The notes under the pieces are model-generated. The model saw only the letters and a program-made list of their open reading frames with translations, was not told the origin of the DNA and ran no database searches. Shown here in pieces: positions 1 to 16,316 of a DNA stretch of 64,000 nt (position 1 is the stretch's first letter; every line of letters starts with the position of its first letter). This DNA is from Octopus vulgaris (Eukaryota). Location: assembly GCA_951406725.2 (NCBI GenBank), contig OX597824.1, forward strand, positions 68,572,001-68,636,000, read 5' to 3'. Position numbers and translations under genes: made by a program.

Positions 1-449
1 GATAATGATGATGATGATAATGATGTTGACAATGATGATGGTGATGGTGATGATGATGATGATGATGATGATGAGGAGGAGGAGGAGGAGGTAGGTGGTG
101 GTGGTAGTTATTAATGGTGATGATGATGATGATGGTCATACTGATGGCAGAGGTGACGGTGTTGATGTTAGCCACAGAGGGTGTGATGGTGGGTGACGTC
201 GGTGGGGACGGGTACACGTGTAGTGGCATGGTGGACGTGGTAGTGCCGTATGCATGCATATATGCGTGTATGTATGTATGTATGTATGTATGTATGTATG
301 TATGTATGTATTTATGTATGTATGTATGTATGTGTGTGTGTTTGTATGTATGTATGTATGTATGTATGTATGAATGCGTGTGTTTGTATGTATGTATGTA
401 TGTATGTATGTATGAATGCGTGTGTGGGGTGATGACGGTAACAGAGTTT

Positions 450-480
<31 letters not shown>

Positions 481-845
481 GTAGTAGTGGTGGTGGTGGT
501 GGTGGTAGTGGTGGCTTGAGGACGTGGCGATCATGTAAACAAGAATGGTAGCAGTAACAGCACTGGTTGCAGTAATGGTGGTCAGTTGTCATAGTAACCG
601 ATTTGTTCTTTATGGTGGTGATGGTGGTGGTGGTGGTGTTGGTAGTTGTGGTTGTAAATGCAATGGTGGTAGTGGCGGTGATGATCGTGGCGATGGTGAT
701 GGTGATGGTGAGTGTGGTTGTGAGTGAGGTGGTGAGTGTGGTAGTGAATGGTGAAGATGGTGGTGGTGGTGCTTGTAGCGTTGGTGATGGTTGTGGCAGT
801 GATGATGGGTATATGGTAGTGGTAGTGGTGGTGGTTGTCATAGTT
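1..845. repeat. Low-complexity (GAT)n/(GGT)n/(GTA)n/(TATG)n microsatellite mosaic
   Basis: Directly visible tri- and tetranucleotide repeats; the ORFs here are repeat translations. Confidence 0.95.
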
Positions 846-1024
846 ACTCGGATGTCACAACTTTATTATTATGGATGGTGGAAAAATCACTTGGTCTTGA
901 TAAAGGTGACAATACACCACACCACACCACACAGAATTTGTTTAAGTTGTAAATCTGCTAATTAGCTTTAAATGATTGCGCGCGCGGATGACTGTGTGTA
1001 CGCATATATATATATGTATGTGTA

Positions 1025-1167
<143 letters not shown>

Positions 1168-1168
1168 A

Positions 1169-1255
<87 letters not shown>

Positions 1256-1303
1256 ATATATATATATATTTACTGGAAGGCAATACTTTGTATTGCATTA
1301 CTG

Positions 1304-1367
<64 letters not shown>

Positions 1368-1610
1368 TAGATAAACAGAATCCAAGGAGATTGCTGGTGG
1401 TGTATATTGGCAAGATGTATATTATTTAGAAAAATCTTGCTCAAGAACACAGCACGCAGCCTAGTCTGGGAATCGAACTCACTACTGCATGATTGTGAGT
1501 CCAACGCTCTAACCACTGAGCCATGTGATTTATAATACATATATATTCCCAGAAACTCATGTTGGAACTCTCAACCGCATAACATTACGTAACACACAAA
1601 ATATCGCACT

Positions 1611-1757
1611 ACTAGCGTAGCTGGCGGCGGGCGGCACTTTTAAAGGGGGACAACCATTTTTGGATCTGCTGTAGGCAATATGTTTTTTTTTTTTATGGGG
1701 TCCGGGATAGCAAACGGAAGGGCTGTCCCGGACGGCACACACTGCAGCTACGCTAGT
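1611..1757. mobile_element. Small MITE-like element with 13-bp terminal inverted repeats
   Basis: actagcgtagctg (1611-1623) and cagctacgctagt (1745-1757) are exact reverse complements; no clear TSD. Confidence 0.5.
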
Positions 1758-1881
1758 GTATCACACGATTTGTAAAATACGCGTTATAGGCTTAAAGTTT
1801 CATAAATTAATAAACGTTCAAAATCTGTGGGAATCTTGCAATTGACAAGATACACATGAGCATACGAAAGTACAGGCGTGT

Positions 1882-2265
1882 GCCGGCGGCGCAATGGCCC
1901 AGTGGTTAGGGCGGTTTCATAGGATCGCGGTTTCGATTCCCAGACCGGGCGTTGTGAGTGTTTATTGAGCGAAAACACCTAAAGCTCCACGAGGCTCCGG
2001 CAGGGGATGGTGGTGATCCCTGCTGTACTCTTTCACCACAACTTTCTCTTACTCTTACTTCCTGTTTCTGTTGTACCTGTATTTCAAAGGGCCGGCCTTG
2101 TCACTCTCTGTGTCACGCTGAATATCCCCGAGAACTACGTTAAGGGTGCACGTGTCTGTGGAGTGCTCAGCCACTTACACATTAATTTCACGAGCAGGCT
2201 GTTCCGTTGATTCGGATCAACCGGAACCCTCGTCGTCGTAACCGACGGAGTGCTTCCATCCATCC
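1882..2265 (+). mobile_element. tRNA-derived SINE (family A), full length
   Basis: A-box-like tggcccagtgg, B-box-like gtttcgattcc, (ccat)n tail, and 10-bp TSD acaggcgtgt at 1872-1881 and 2266-2275. Related partial copies at ~6177-6400 and ~8290-8500 (minus). Confidence 0.85.
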
Positions 2266-2821
2266 ACAGGCGTGTTCCACATGTTGTATAGATACACACA
2301 CACACACATTTATATACTGATACGCTTGAATGTTTCTGCAGAATGCCATGTGTTTATGCTGGACGCAAATACTTGAACCAAGGCCAATGCAAGCAATAAC
2401 AATTAAAGCCCCCTGAATGAGTTATCCCCCTTATAAGTCCATCTATTAAAAAAAAGAAAGTGTTTTCCAAGTCCCGAGTAAACTCGTGTTATCTTACGTA
2501 ACCTCATCCAACATGGAGGTCGATTACCAATATTCTTAAACGGAAAAACTGCGAACTTCCACATGAAATTATTAGTAGCACTGTAAATCTACAAATAAAG
2601 GATTGGATCTTTACCTTTTGATCGACAGATTTAAAAATTAATTTTTTGTAACTAAACACTTTCAAACTTCGTATACTGGTAGAATGAGTCACATAAAATA
2701 TCTTTTACTCTTGGCGTTGTTCAGAAAATTTTGTATTTTAGAAGTTATTTCTTGTTAAAGTTGTCGTATTTCGGTAATTTCAACCAATCAATGACTTGTA
2801 TTCAGCTGAATAAAATTACTG

Positions 2822-4850
<2,029 letters not shown>

Positions 4851-5252
4851 TTTATCTATCTTTATATATATACGCCAGCTTAATTCAATTCGTCTTTAGT
4901 CGAAAGACACCTGTTGTTAATGCCTTGTTATTTACATTTGTATTTGTGTACCATTTCTCCGGTTTTCTTTCCGTCCTTGTTTTCGTATACATTCGCTGCT
5001 TTCTTCTAAGGAATCTAGTGCTCTCAGCTTAGTTTTTTTCTTGGGGCTGGCCAGATTGGAGCAATCTCGAGTATAACCAGCCGAAATTGCAAAGATAATC
5101 TGGGACTGGACTGAGGGAAGAAAACTCCGAATGAGCCGTCCTTGTTTTTTCTTATCTCTTTTTTGTATCATCTCTCTTGCTGTTTTGTTGTTTCTTTTTC
5201 GTATCAGCTAACTGTCTGGATGTTTTGCGTTCTTGTCCCATTTTTTGTATTC

Positions 5253-5323
<71 letters not shown>

Positions 5324-5417
5324 TAATCCAAACAGGAAAACACAGAAAAAAAACAGCAACGCGAGGACGTGGAACAATTAAAGTATTATTTGACGCTCAG
5401 GAAAGAAGGGAAGGAGG

Positions 5418-5452
5418 GTTTAACGTTTCGAGCGGAGCTCTTCGTCGGAAAC
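5418..5452 (-). ncRNA. Minimal type-I hammerhead ribozyme motif (degenerate core) in a PLE-type terminal repeat
   Basis: Minus strand: gttt-CCGACGA-agagc tcc gctc-GAAA-cgt-TA-aac; stem III region aacgtt is palindromic. Confidence 0.55.
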
Positions 5453-6007
5453 AAAGGAGAAGGAAAGATCCAGAGAAGGGAAGACAAAGGAAAAAATATT
5501 TTTGCTGGTGGTGCTCAGGAGATCACATATATATATACGTGCACGCGCACACACTTATATATATACGATTCTTTATGCTACTCTAGATCTAAATTGTGGC
5601 TTACACTTTTCTTACCATAAATTAAATGAAGATTTACATTGCCTATGCAAACACTCAAATCATCCTACGTTTTGTTAGAGACAATCACATTAGAAATATT
5701 TCACTTATAATATTTAAATTATCAACAAATGAACGAATATTCAATGATCACGCATAATATTAAAAGGCACTGAAAATAGAAAGTAGATCGAATAAAGAAA
5801 ATGACAATATTCCATTCCTTCCGGTGAACAAGGAAACCGTAAGGGGAAGATAGGCGCTACCCTAAAACTGAAGAAGGGTGCAAAGAAATTCTACTTTTAC
5901 TTAATTGCACAAAGTGTCGCCAGGAGGACTGAACCTGAAACCATGCGGTTGCAAGGCGACAAAGCGAACTTCTTAACTGAACAATACACAACCACGCCTG
6001 CGCTTCT

Positions 6008-6042
<35 letters not shown>

Positions 6043-6088
6043 TCCCTCTTCCCCCCGCTCTCTCTCTTACACACACACTATATGTGTA

Positions 6089-6177
<89 letters not shown>

Positions 6178-6512
6178 ATGCACATGGCCTAGTGGTTAGA
6201 GCAGCGGACTCGCGGTCGAGGGATCGCAGGTTCGAATCTCAAACTGGGCGATGTGTGTGTTTATGAGCGAAACACCTAAGCTCCACGTCGGCTCCGGCAG
6301 AAGGTAACGGCGAACTTCTGCTGACTCTTTCGCCACAACTTTCTCTCACTCTTTCTTCCTGCGTCTTGCAGCTCTCCTGCAACGGATGGGCGTCTCGTCC
6401 AGGTGGGCGGGCGATGCATTGTTTTCTTGAGCAAAACACTTCATTTCACGTTGCTCCAGTCCACTCAGAGCTGGCAAAAATGAGTAACCCTTGACGGACC
6501 GTTGTCCCGTCC

Positions 6513-7060
6513 GCAAAAATTCTCTTTCTCACAAGAGTTCCGGACCCCAGTAATAAACTCATTTGCATACAGCCAATCAGCGCTCTCCTTGGCCTTGCCG
6601 TCAAGTTAACAAACACACTCAATCAAGTAAGCTCAAAACGGGGAGCAGTGTTGTAAGTCGACCGATCGCCAAGTTATGCCTTATTTTAGAAGAGGACAAA
6701 TAATTAGATAGATTTGTATCTATACTTATTTTCGGATTTTGTTAGGGTCCCATATGGTAAAGTTGTGGATGGGGAAAATGTGGGTAGAGGATGATGTGCT
6801 AGCAACCTTCATCCCTTACTGTTTTACAAAGTACACAACATAAAGAACTACGCAGAGGCAACCATGTTTGAAACAAGAAGAACAACAAGCATTATTAAAA
6901 CAGAAAAGAAGCATGGTCATTCTTTACCCAAGTGACCTTATCTTATCGCCCATCACATGTTATGCGCCCATAAATTAGTTTGATAGTTGATCTCTGATTG
7001 GCTGTATGCAAATGACTTCATAACTGGGGTCCGAGACTCTCGTAAGAAAGAAAATATCGC
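6513..7060. mobile_element. Non-autonomous DNA transposon (Mutator-like MITE) nested in a SINE
   Basis: Imperfect TIRs of ~65 bp (6513-6582 and 6992-7060); 9-bp TSD gtcccgtcc at 6504-6512 and 7061-7069. Confidence 0.75.
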
Positions 7061-7530
7061 GTCCCGTCCTGGTGGTAAATAATATACGCCATCGAAACCG
7101 GGAAAACAGCCATCATGAGCCTGGCATGGCTCGGGAAGGAAACATTTATGTTATATATATATATATATATAATACAAAATGGGACAAGAACGTAAAAGAT
7201 ACGGACAACTAGGAGATACAAAAAGGGACAACAAAGCATCCAGAGACGATACTAAAAAACAAGGACGAGTCATTCAAAGCTTTCATCCTCAGTTAAGAAC
7301 CTCAGTAGCTTTTTCCTTGGAGCTGGCCAGATTGGAGCAATCTCAAGATTAATCAGCCGAAATTGCGAGGATGATCTGGTTCTTGACTGAGGATAGAAAG
7401 CTTCGAATGACCTGTCCTTTTTTTGTATCGTCTATCCGGATGTTTTGCGTTCTTGTCCAATTTTGTATTTTATATATATATATATATATAGCGGCGTACG
7501 TACACTTTGTTCTCATATATATATATATGA

Positions 7531-7689
7531 AGGCACAGGCATGGCTACGTGGTAAGAAGCTTGCTCCCAACCACATGGTTCCGGGTTCACACCCACTACG
7601 TGGCACCTTGATCAAATGTCTTCTACTATAACCTCGGGCGGACCAAAGTTTTGTAAGTGGATTTGTTAGACGAAACTGAAAGAAGCCTG

Positions 7690-7765
<76 letters not shown>

Positions 7766-8010
7766 ATGTGAGTGTGTGTATGTATGTGTATATTTATGTG
7801 TTTCTCTGTGCCTGTGTTTGCACCCCTCTCACCATCGCTTGACAGCCGATGTTGGTGTGTTTACGCCCCCGCAACTTAGCGGTTCGGCAAAAGAGCCGAT
7901 AGAATAAGTATGTGGCTTACAAACAATAAGTCCTGAGATTGATTTCTTCGACTAAAACCCTTTAAAACAGTACTCTAGCATTATCGCAGTCATATGACTG
8001 AAACATGTAA
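7531..8010 (+). mobile_element. tRNA-derived SINE (family B) with internal TA/TG microsatellite
   Basis: Head tggctacgtggtaag...ggttca; conserved body ggatttgttagacgaaactgaaagaagcc and 3' gcggttcggcaaaagag...atgactgaaac shared by more than 10 copies in the window. Confidence 0.85.
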
Positions 8011-8011
8011 A

Positions 8012-8083
<72 letters not shown>

Positions 8084-8519
8084 ATGTATGTATGTATGTA
8101 TGTATGTATGTATATGGTTGTATATAAATAAATAAAAATGTGTCTCGAAATGAGGAGTAGATAGACAGCCGACAACTGATGAAGGGTCCTTTCTCTGTGT
8201 TTACTTGTCCTGCTTTTACGTATTTCATGTTGTTTGCAGTTGGTGACGTCCTGTACCCATATATGCATATATATATATATATATATATATGTTGTCGTTT
8301 TTTTCCTTCTCGGGCCACGCCTAACTCATAAGGCTGGTTTCCCGGTTTCTTTTGCGTATAGGTTCCCCACCTGGACGGGACGCCAGGTGAGCTGCAAGAT
8401 GCAGGAGGAAAGAGTAAGAGAAAGTTGTGGCGAAAGAGACAGCAGAAGTTCGCCATTACCTTCTGCCGGAGCCGTGTGGAGCCTAGGTGTTTCGCTCATA
8501 AATACACGCACACACGCAC

Positions 8520-8601
<82 letters not shown>

Positions 8602-8943
8602 TATTTTTTATCTAATATATAAATCCCGTTCTGTCTGTCTGTTTTTTGTGCGCTTATAACTCGCGTATTTTTCTTCCGATCGAGCTGAAATTTTAAACAT
8701 GAATACATGACAGCGCGGGGTGTTCCGTAATTTAAAAACATTTTCTAAATTGTCAGTTTCAAAGTGAGCATCACTATTTTTGTAATCCTTAAGGCCTGTC
8801 CATTGGACGATTAAAACTTCCATTTCTATTTTTATTCGAATTTACTTTTACGCATTCCGTTGTTCTTACCACTACGCCAGTGAAAATCGAAATGAAATAC
8901 TCAAAGCAACAGTCGTCAAATGCAAAAGACAAAGAACTGTTAA

Positions 8944-9154
8944 TACTCTTTTACTCTTTTACTTGTTTCAGTCATTTGACTGCGGCCATGCTGGAGCACC
9001 GCCTTTAGTCGAGCAAATCGACCCCGGGACTTATTCTTTGTAAGCCCAGTACTTATTCTATCGGTCTCTTTTACCGAACCGCTAAGTGACGGGGACGTAA
9101 ACACTCTAGCATCAGTTTTCAAGCAATGCTAGGGGGACAAACACAGACACACAA

Positions 9155-9192
<38 letters not shown>

Positions 9193-9363
9193 ATATATAC
9201 GACAGGCTTCTTTCAGTTTCCGTCTACCAAATCCACTCATAAGGCATTGGTCGGCCCGGGGCTATAGCAGAAGACACTTGCCCAAGATGCCACACAGTGG
9301 GACTGAACCCGGAACCATGTGGTTGGTTAGCAAGCTACTTACCTCACAGCCACTCCTGCGCCT
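8944..9363 (-). mobile_element. SINE family B, full length
   Basis: Reverse complement matches the family B head-to-tail sequence. Confidence 0.9.
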
Positions 9364-9977
9364 ATAGTTTACATATATATCACTTGCAATATTCACTTTG
9401 GAGATAAAACAGCATTCAGTCTGACGTGTAGGTGTTAACATGAGGTATGCACTATGGAAGAGTGCATTGTGTCTACCCTAATTCACATCAATTTAACACG
9501 TAGGTTCATATATATTGCGTTTCTGCCAACCGAACTGTTTACATTACATTTTGTCCTGTTTCTTCCGCCATCTTGTTCATTAACCGACGTTCTAAACGAT
9601 TCATTTCTACGTTTTCACATTTAAATGACAGATATAAGTAAATAAGGCTTGCTATTTGTAAATACGGCCTCGTTTTGATTTAAATATTGGACCACGAACA
9701 ACTGTATTTATTTCTGCGTTTTCACATGTTTGTAAGCGGCTAAAAAAAATCGATATCACTCTAACTTTAATTAACTGTAATCAACCATGTGCATTCGCGG
9801 TCAAATGTGTTCTTACTGCTGTTTTTCGTGCAATAAGCCAGCTGACATGAAAAACTTCTAGGAAAAAGGCAGTCGCGTTAAATGAGCAAAAAAGTGAAAA
9901 TAAAGCAAATAAATAACTGGTTATTACTCAATTTTTTGAAGATATTTTCAACAAATTCAATTGAAAGTAGAAAAGAC

Positions 9978-10410
9978 GGATCTTTTCGGTTTGAACGGCA
10001 GTTTTTAACATAATTTCTGGGTAACTAAAAAATTTTAAACTTCGTATACTGGTAGAATGTGTTTATAAAACATCTTTTTCTCTTGGCTTTATTGAGAAAA
10101 TTCTATAGTTTCTAAGATATTTGTTGTTTTTTTTTCTTCAATTTCTGCAATTTCAACCAATCAGTGACGTCTATTGAGTTAAAAAGCATTCTGTGCCGTA
10201 TGAATATGTCCCTCGTTTAAGAAACAGATTGGGTTTATTTACATTTGTGAAGAAAAAAAGATACCCTTCCCCTACCCCTAACCCTAATCCTAACTAATCC
10301 TAATCCTAAAAGAGATTGAAATGCAATAGATCGATTCTAGGGTCATAATTATGGGTGACAATTTCATATGACACCGCTAGAAAAAACTGCCGTTCAAACC
10401 GAAAAGATCC
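9978..10410. mobile_element. MITE, Merlin-like (GG...CC ends, 8-bp TSD)
   Basis: Perfect 29-bp TIR ggatcttttcggtttgaacggcagttttt; TSD gaaaagac at 9970-9977 and 10411-10418. Confidence 0.85.
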
Positions 10411-10950
10411 GAAAAGACTAATTGCGTATAAAACGTGAAAAAATTGGGGGGGGGGGGTTACATCTAAAACCTTGCCTAACGTTTCTCATCCAACTTAAAA
10501 CAATAAGCGGTATTGTTCATTTTTGAGATAAAATTGATTTGCAAGGGACAAGCCTTATGTTATTTTGTTGCACCCTGTTTTATTTCACCCCCGAGTTTCA
10601 ACACTTTTTGTGTCAGTTTCTGAGAGAAGAGAGACTTCCCTAAGCATTTTTGCGCCTTTATTGAGTAGCAGTTTCTGTTTGCCTGTCCGCCGGGTGATTA
10701 AAACTTCCATTGATATTTTTATTCGAAACTAATGTTACTTATCCCGTAGTTCTTACCACTACGCCAGTGAAAATCGAAATAAAATACGTAAAGCAACAGT
10801 CGTCAAATGCAAATGCCAAAGAACTGTTTATTGCTTAAATATCACTTGCAATATTCACTTTGAAGATAAAACAGCGTTCAGTCTGACGTATAGGTGTCAA
10901 CATGAGGTATGCACTATGGATGAGTACATTGTGTCTATCCTAATGTGAAT

Positions 10951-10993
<43 letters not shown>

Positions 10994-11163
10994 TATATAT
11001 ATATATATATATATATAATATAAATGATATATATATAGGTATATATATATATATATGTGTGTGTGTGTATATATATATGACATATATATATAGGTATATA
11101 TATATATATATAGGCGCATATATGTGTATATATATGGTTCTGTATATATATACATATCTGTCG

Positions 11164-11198
<35 letters not shown>

Positions 11199-12243
11199 TT
11201 GTGTGTCTGTGTTTGTTCCCCTAGCATTGCTTGACAACCGATGCTAGTGTGTTTACGTCCCCGTCACTTAGCGGTTCGAAAAAAAGAGACCGATAGAATA
11301 AGTACTGGGCTTACAAAAAGAATAAGTGCCGGGGTCGACTTGCTCGACTAAAGGCGGTTGTCCAGCATGGCCGTAGTCAAATGACTGAAACAAGTAAAAG
11401 AGAAAAGAGAAAGAGAAATATATATATATATATATTACAAATAAGAAAATGGAAATACCAGCAGTATATTAGATAAGTATTATCCCTTAGTGGTTTGGAT
11501 TCACACCTCCTAACTTATTTGGTGGTATATATATATGTAAGCATTTATGGGTACAGGACGTCACCAACTGTGTAAACAACATGAAGTACGAAAACAAACG
11601 AGTTGATACACAAACAACGAGAGAAAAAAATGGAAAACAGGACAAGTAAACATAGAGAACGACCCTTCATCAGTTGTCGGCAGTCTATCTACTTCTCATT
11701 TCGAGCATTCAACGACAATATGAGTCTTAAAAGCCAGTTGTTCCCCAAAATTCCAAAATAAAATTTTGGATTTATTGAGGGTCAAAGTGGGAACAAAAAC
11801 AGGTCAGTGTAGACAAACAAGGAAACTGAACGAAAACAAACATGGATGGTCGTTAGACCAGAATGAGATGGAAGTAGTGAACGATGGGAGAGATATTTTC
11901 TTTGAAAACAGAAAAGATAGAAGAGAGAGAAAGAAAACGCCCAGTCCTTAGAACATCGAGCAGGAAAAGAAAGATGGGCGATGGTCATGTATGAGCAACG
12001 AGAAAGAGAGAGAGAGAGAGAGAGATAAAGAAAAAGTGAAAGAAGGGGAGAGGGAGAAAGACAGAGATAGAAAACAGTGATGGGGAGAAAAAAGAAATTA
12101 GAGAAGGATGGGGGACGAAAACAGTATAGAATAGAGTCGTATCAAAAAGGTTAAGATAAACTTACTTGGAAATGGATGCATGGTGTTCAATAAATAATAA
12201 TATAAATAATATATGTATATGCTTATATATATATATATGTATA

Positions 12244-12302
<59 letters not shown>

Positions 12303-13080
12303 GCATTTTTGGTTAAAGGACGCCACCAATTGTGTAAACAACATGAAATACAAAAACAAACGAGTGATGCAAACAACGAGAGAAAAAATATATGCGGATA
12401 TTATTGTTTATAATATCAGTGACTTACCATGCGTATAAAAATCATAACGGTAAAAAATCACGGTGATATGGCCATGTCTGGCTTTTTCAGTTTTCGAGTA
12501 TTTTCGTCATTAGTATGGGGTTTTAAAATTTTTAATTCATTTGCCCAATTTCACCTTTGTATATATATACGGAAGATGGAAGATACGAGAATTTTTATTA
12601 ATCACCACAGTTGTTTTGACCCATCTAGCATCGATCCCTCACGGGTGGGATACTTAACAACTGGTTCAAGAGCATGCGACGGTGTAGATGTGTCTTTTCA
12701 GGTGATAAATAGATACAACTCGTTAAAATAATAATTCCGCAAGGTATCTTCTCAGTTTGTGTAAAGAAAAGCAGCAACTTAAAGGATATAGCTTCATTTA
12801 TATAGAAGATCAATAATAAAAATATGGATGTATAAACGCCTTCGCGTAGTTTATATGGCGCATGTACACTCGCTCATACAAACATCTACGAAAATGTAAG
12901 CATACGCACAGGTGTGGTTTAGCACACATACGTTCACATAGCGAATTAAATAGCTACTTGGTATTTATAAGAATGAGGAGGTTAGAGCTAAATTTTATCC
13001 TTAAGGTGAATTATGATTATTAATGATTACTCAAATTAATTCCCACTGTATTGTATGTATGTATGTATGTATGTATGTAT

Positions 13081-13456
13081 CTTTTATCTTTTACTTGTTT
13101 CAGTCAGTGGACTGCTGTCATGCTGGGGCACTGCCATGAAGAATTTATAGTCGAATGAACTGATCCCCAATACATTTTTTAAAACCTCCTACTTTTTCCA
13201 TCGACCTCTATTGCCGAACCGCCAAGTTACAGGGACGTAAACACACCAAAACATGTAAAACGGCGGTGGGACACACACACACACACACACACACACAGCG
13301 GGGTCTTTCAGTTTCCGACTACCAAATCCACCTACGAGTGTTTGGTCGGCCCGAGGCTATAGTAGAAGACATTTGCCAAAAAGTGCCACACAATGGGACT
13401 GAACCCGGGACCATGTGACTGTGAAGCAAGCTTCATATCTCACAGCCACGCCTGCG
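13081..13456 (-). mobile_element. SINE family B (diverged)
   Basis: Matches the family B consensus on the minus strand. Confidence 0.8.
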
Positions 13457-15291
13457 ATGTTTGCATGTGTGTGTCACAGAGATGAAGACAGATAGAGAGG
13501 GATGTGGGAGAAAATCAAACGAGAAAAACTTGTTGACCAGGCAAGAAATAGGGATACCATCGGCTTGTCTATTTCCCTATATGGTGCTAGTTACAAATAT
13601 CATACTTCGGCATCCAGAATGTTGAAGATATCTTGCTGCTGTGAGTAAAGTTTGAGTAACAAAGATAAACTTCAGCAGACTTTGGAAGTTAATGAAATCA
13701 GATTGCTGTCTGTATTTAATAAAACTATATCCCTCAACGCTTTTGCAGTATCAGTGTAAGGAGAAACGTTCGGAAAATTAGACTTGACATTTGAAATCAG
13801 CAACTTGGACATCAGGCCTAAGAAGATACTAATAATAACTTGTAGTATCCAATCACCAGTGGAAGTTACCGTATCTATGACACTGACAGGACCTATATTT
13901 TTTTTTATTTCTTTATTGCCCACAAAGGGCTAAACATAGAGGGGGACAAACAAGGACGAACAAAGGGATTACGTCGATTACCCAATAAGTGTGTCAATTT
14001 TAGAGGGGAGTATGTCGCGAAAGGCCAAATCTTAGCCCAAACATCCGAGTTCTTTTACAGGGCTTAGAAAAAATGAAGGATCGCGTTAATAAGTGTGAAT
14101 CTGAGCGGGGAATATAAATGCCGGGAACTTTTCAGCACCCCCTCGTAATGATGCCTTTAGACCACTACGCTGTGACAGAATGTGTCAATTGTGCAATGTC
14201 AATGAGATATAACATTCCTATGAGATATGACATTATCACTAAAACAGTCAACAATGCTATACACAAGAAGGATTGTTCTGGTGGGCATATCAAATGCGTA
14301 GCAGGATGAGAAAGTACTAACTCTTTTAAAAGCTTAGAAACGTTTGGGCTCTCACAAAAAGTAAGAGAGTTGATTGACTCGTATTATCTTGATACGATCG
14401 TTTAAATACAAGGAAAATTTGTCAGACATTTCAGAGATTCTACATTTGATGTTTCTGGGTAAACTTACATACACAATCACTTACGAGGTCTGATCAAAGA
14501 AAACTATAAAAAAATATCAAAAGAAAATTACATCATAACAATTCGGCATTTAATCTCCTTCGAAGGAATTTCTCTTTGAAGCCATCCGCTTTACCCAGCG
14601 TCGTTTCCATTGATAGAAACATTCCTGGAACTTTTTTTTTTTGTGTGGTGATGATAGCCAACAGCTGCCTCGTCGCATTCACTTAAGATTTCCTTGGAAT
14701 TATGTTCCTTTCAAGTGAGATTTGATTTTTGGAAAGATTCTTGGTCGTAATGAACTTCAAGTCGTGTCACTTTCCACGAACGACCTCACACACACTCACA
14801 CACAAACACACACACATACACACACACACAAACACACACACACACACACACACACATTTACTCTGCCATGGTCACTGAAGGGACTTCTGTTGTAGGGTGA
14901 AACGACCACACTCTACACACTTTATTTCTGAACGGAGCTATACTCAACGGACACTAAGTTATAACTTAGTGTGCAAGCGCGATAGATTTCAAGTTAATCT
15001 GTGCCAAACGGCTTCAATCTTTCCCCTTGCCATAGCAACAGTCCCGATACTTTTTTTTTTATCAGATCTCGTATGCAATTAGAATACAACGGCACGTGCA
15101 CGCACATGCATTAACAATAATAAAGTACACACACACACACACATACACACAAAAACACACACACACACACACACACACAAAGCGTACCAAAGTGGTATAT
15201 CCACTACACGAGCATAAATTTATCCACACGGATATATATATATATATATATTATTCTTTTACTTGCTTCAGTCATTTTGACTGCGGCCATG

Positions 15292-15373
<82 letters not shown>

Positions 15374-15648
15374 CACACAAACTCACACGTATATACATAT
15401 ACATATATATGAGTATATATTTATATATATATATATATATATATACTACCCACAAGGGCTAAACACAGAGAGGACAAACAAGGACAGACAAACGGTTTTC
15501 AAGTCGATTACGTCGACCCCAGTGCGTAACTGGTACTTATTTATCGACCCCGAAAGGATGAAAGGCAAAGTCGACCTCGGCGGAATTTGAACTCGGAACG
15601 TAACGACAGACGAAATACGGCTACACACAAACGCACACATATACATAT

Positions 15649-15728
<80 letters not shown>

Positions 15729-16316
15729 TACATATACATATATATAAGTATATATATATATATATATATATAACGCCACCAGATTCAGGCAAAGCTATCT
15801 TGGCTTCAACAAAAGAGCCTTGCAACATTGTTAATGACTCGTTTGATTTCGCCAAGACAAAAAAAAAAGCACTCGGATATATCCCTCCATCCAGCCATTC
15901 CTTCGCCCACACATCCATCCATCCGTCCATCAATCCTTCCATAAATCCATGCGTGCGCACGTACATACATACATACATACATACATACATACAAAAGTAC
16001 ATACATATATACATACTTACGTACGTACATACGTTCGTACATATATAAATACATATAATCCACGCATGCACACATGCATGCATGCATGCATGGATGCATC
16101 CATCTATACATACAAATATGCATACATACATACATGCATGCATACATACATACATACATAAATACATGCATACATACATACATAGTACGTACATACATAT
16201 AGATACATACGTTCATATATGCATATATACATACAAAGACACATACATACATTCATACATACACACATACATACACACATACATACATCCATCCAAACAT
16301 ACATACATACATAGTA

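Larger units (their letters stand above)
8610..10935 (+). mobile_element. Probable non-autonomous Helitron-like remnant with an internal ~240-bp direct duplication
   Basis: Helitron-type 5' start tctaatatataaat; 8811-9482 (interrupted by a SINE) is repeated at 10698-10935. Confidence 0.45.

Noticed and set aside
1882-1950. tRNA-like sequences at SINE heads
   Set aside because: A/B boxes continue into SINE bodies with TSDs, and no complete cloverleaf is evident; not tRNA genes.
7261-7416. Inverted ctgaggat..aaagctt..gaatgac motif as a hammerhead (also ~5110)
   Set aside because: GAAA and the cleavage site are not in register; probably only a decayed terminal-repeat fragment.
13672-13923. 83-aa minus-strand ORF in partly unique sequence
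   Set aside because: The start lies in a SINE tail, with no recognisable motif or splice support.
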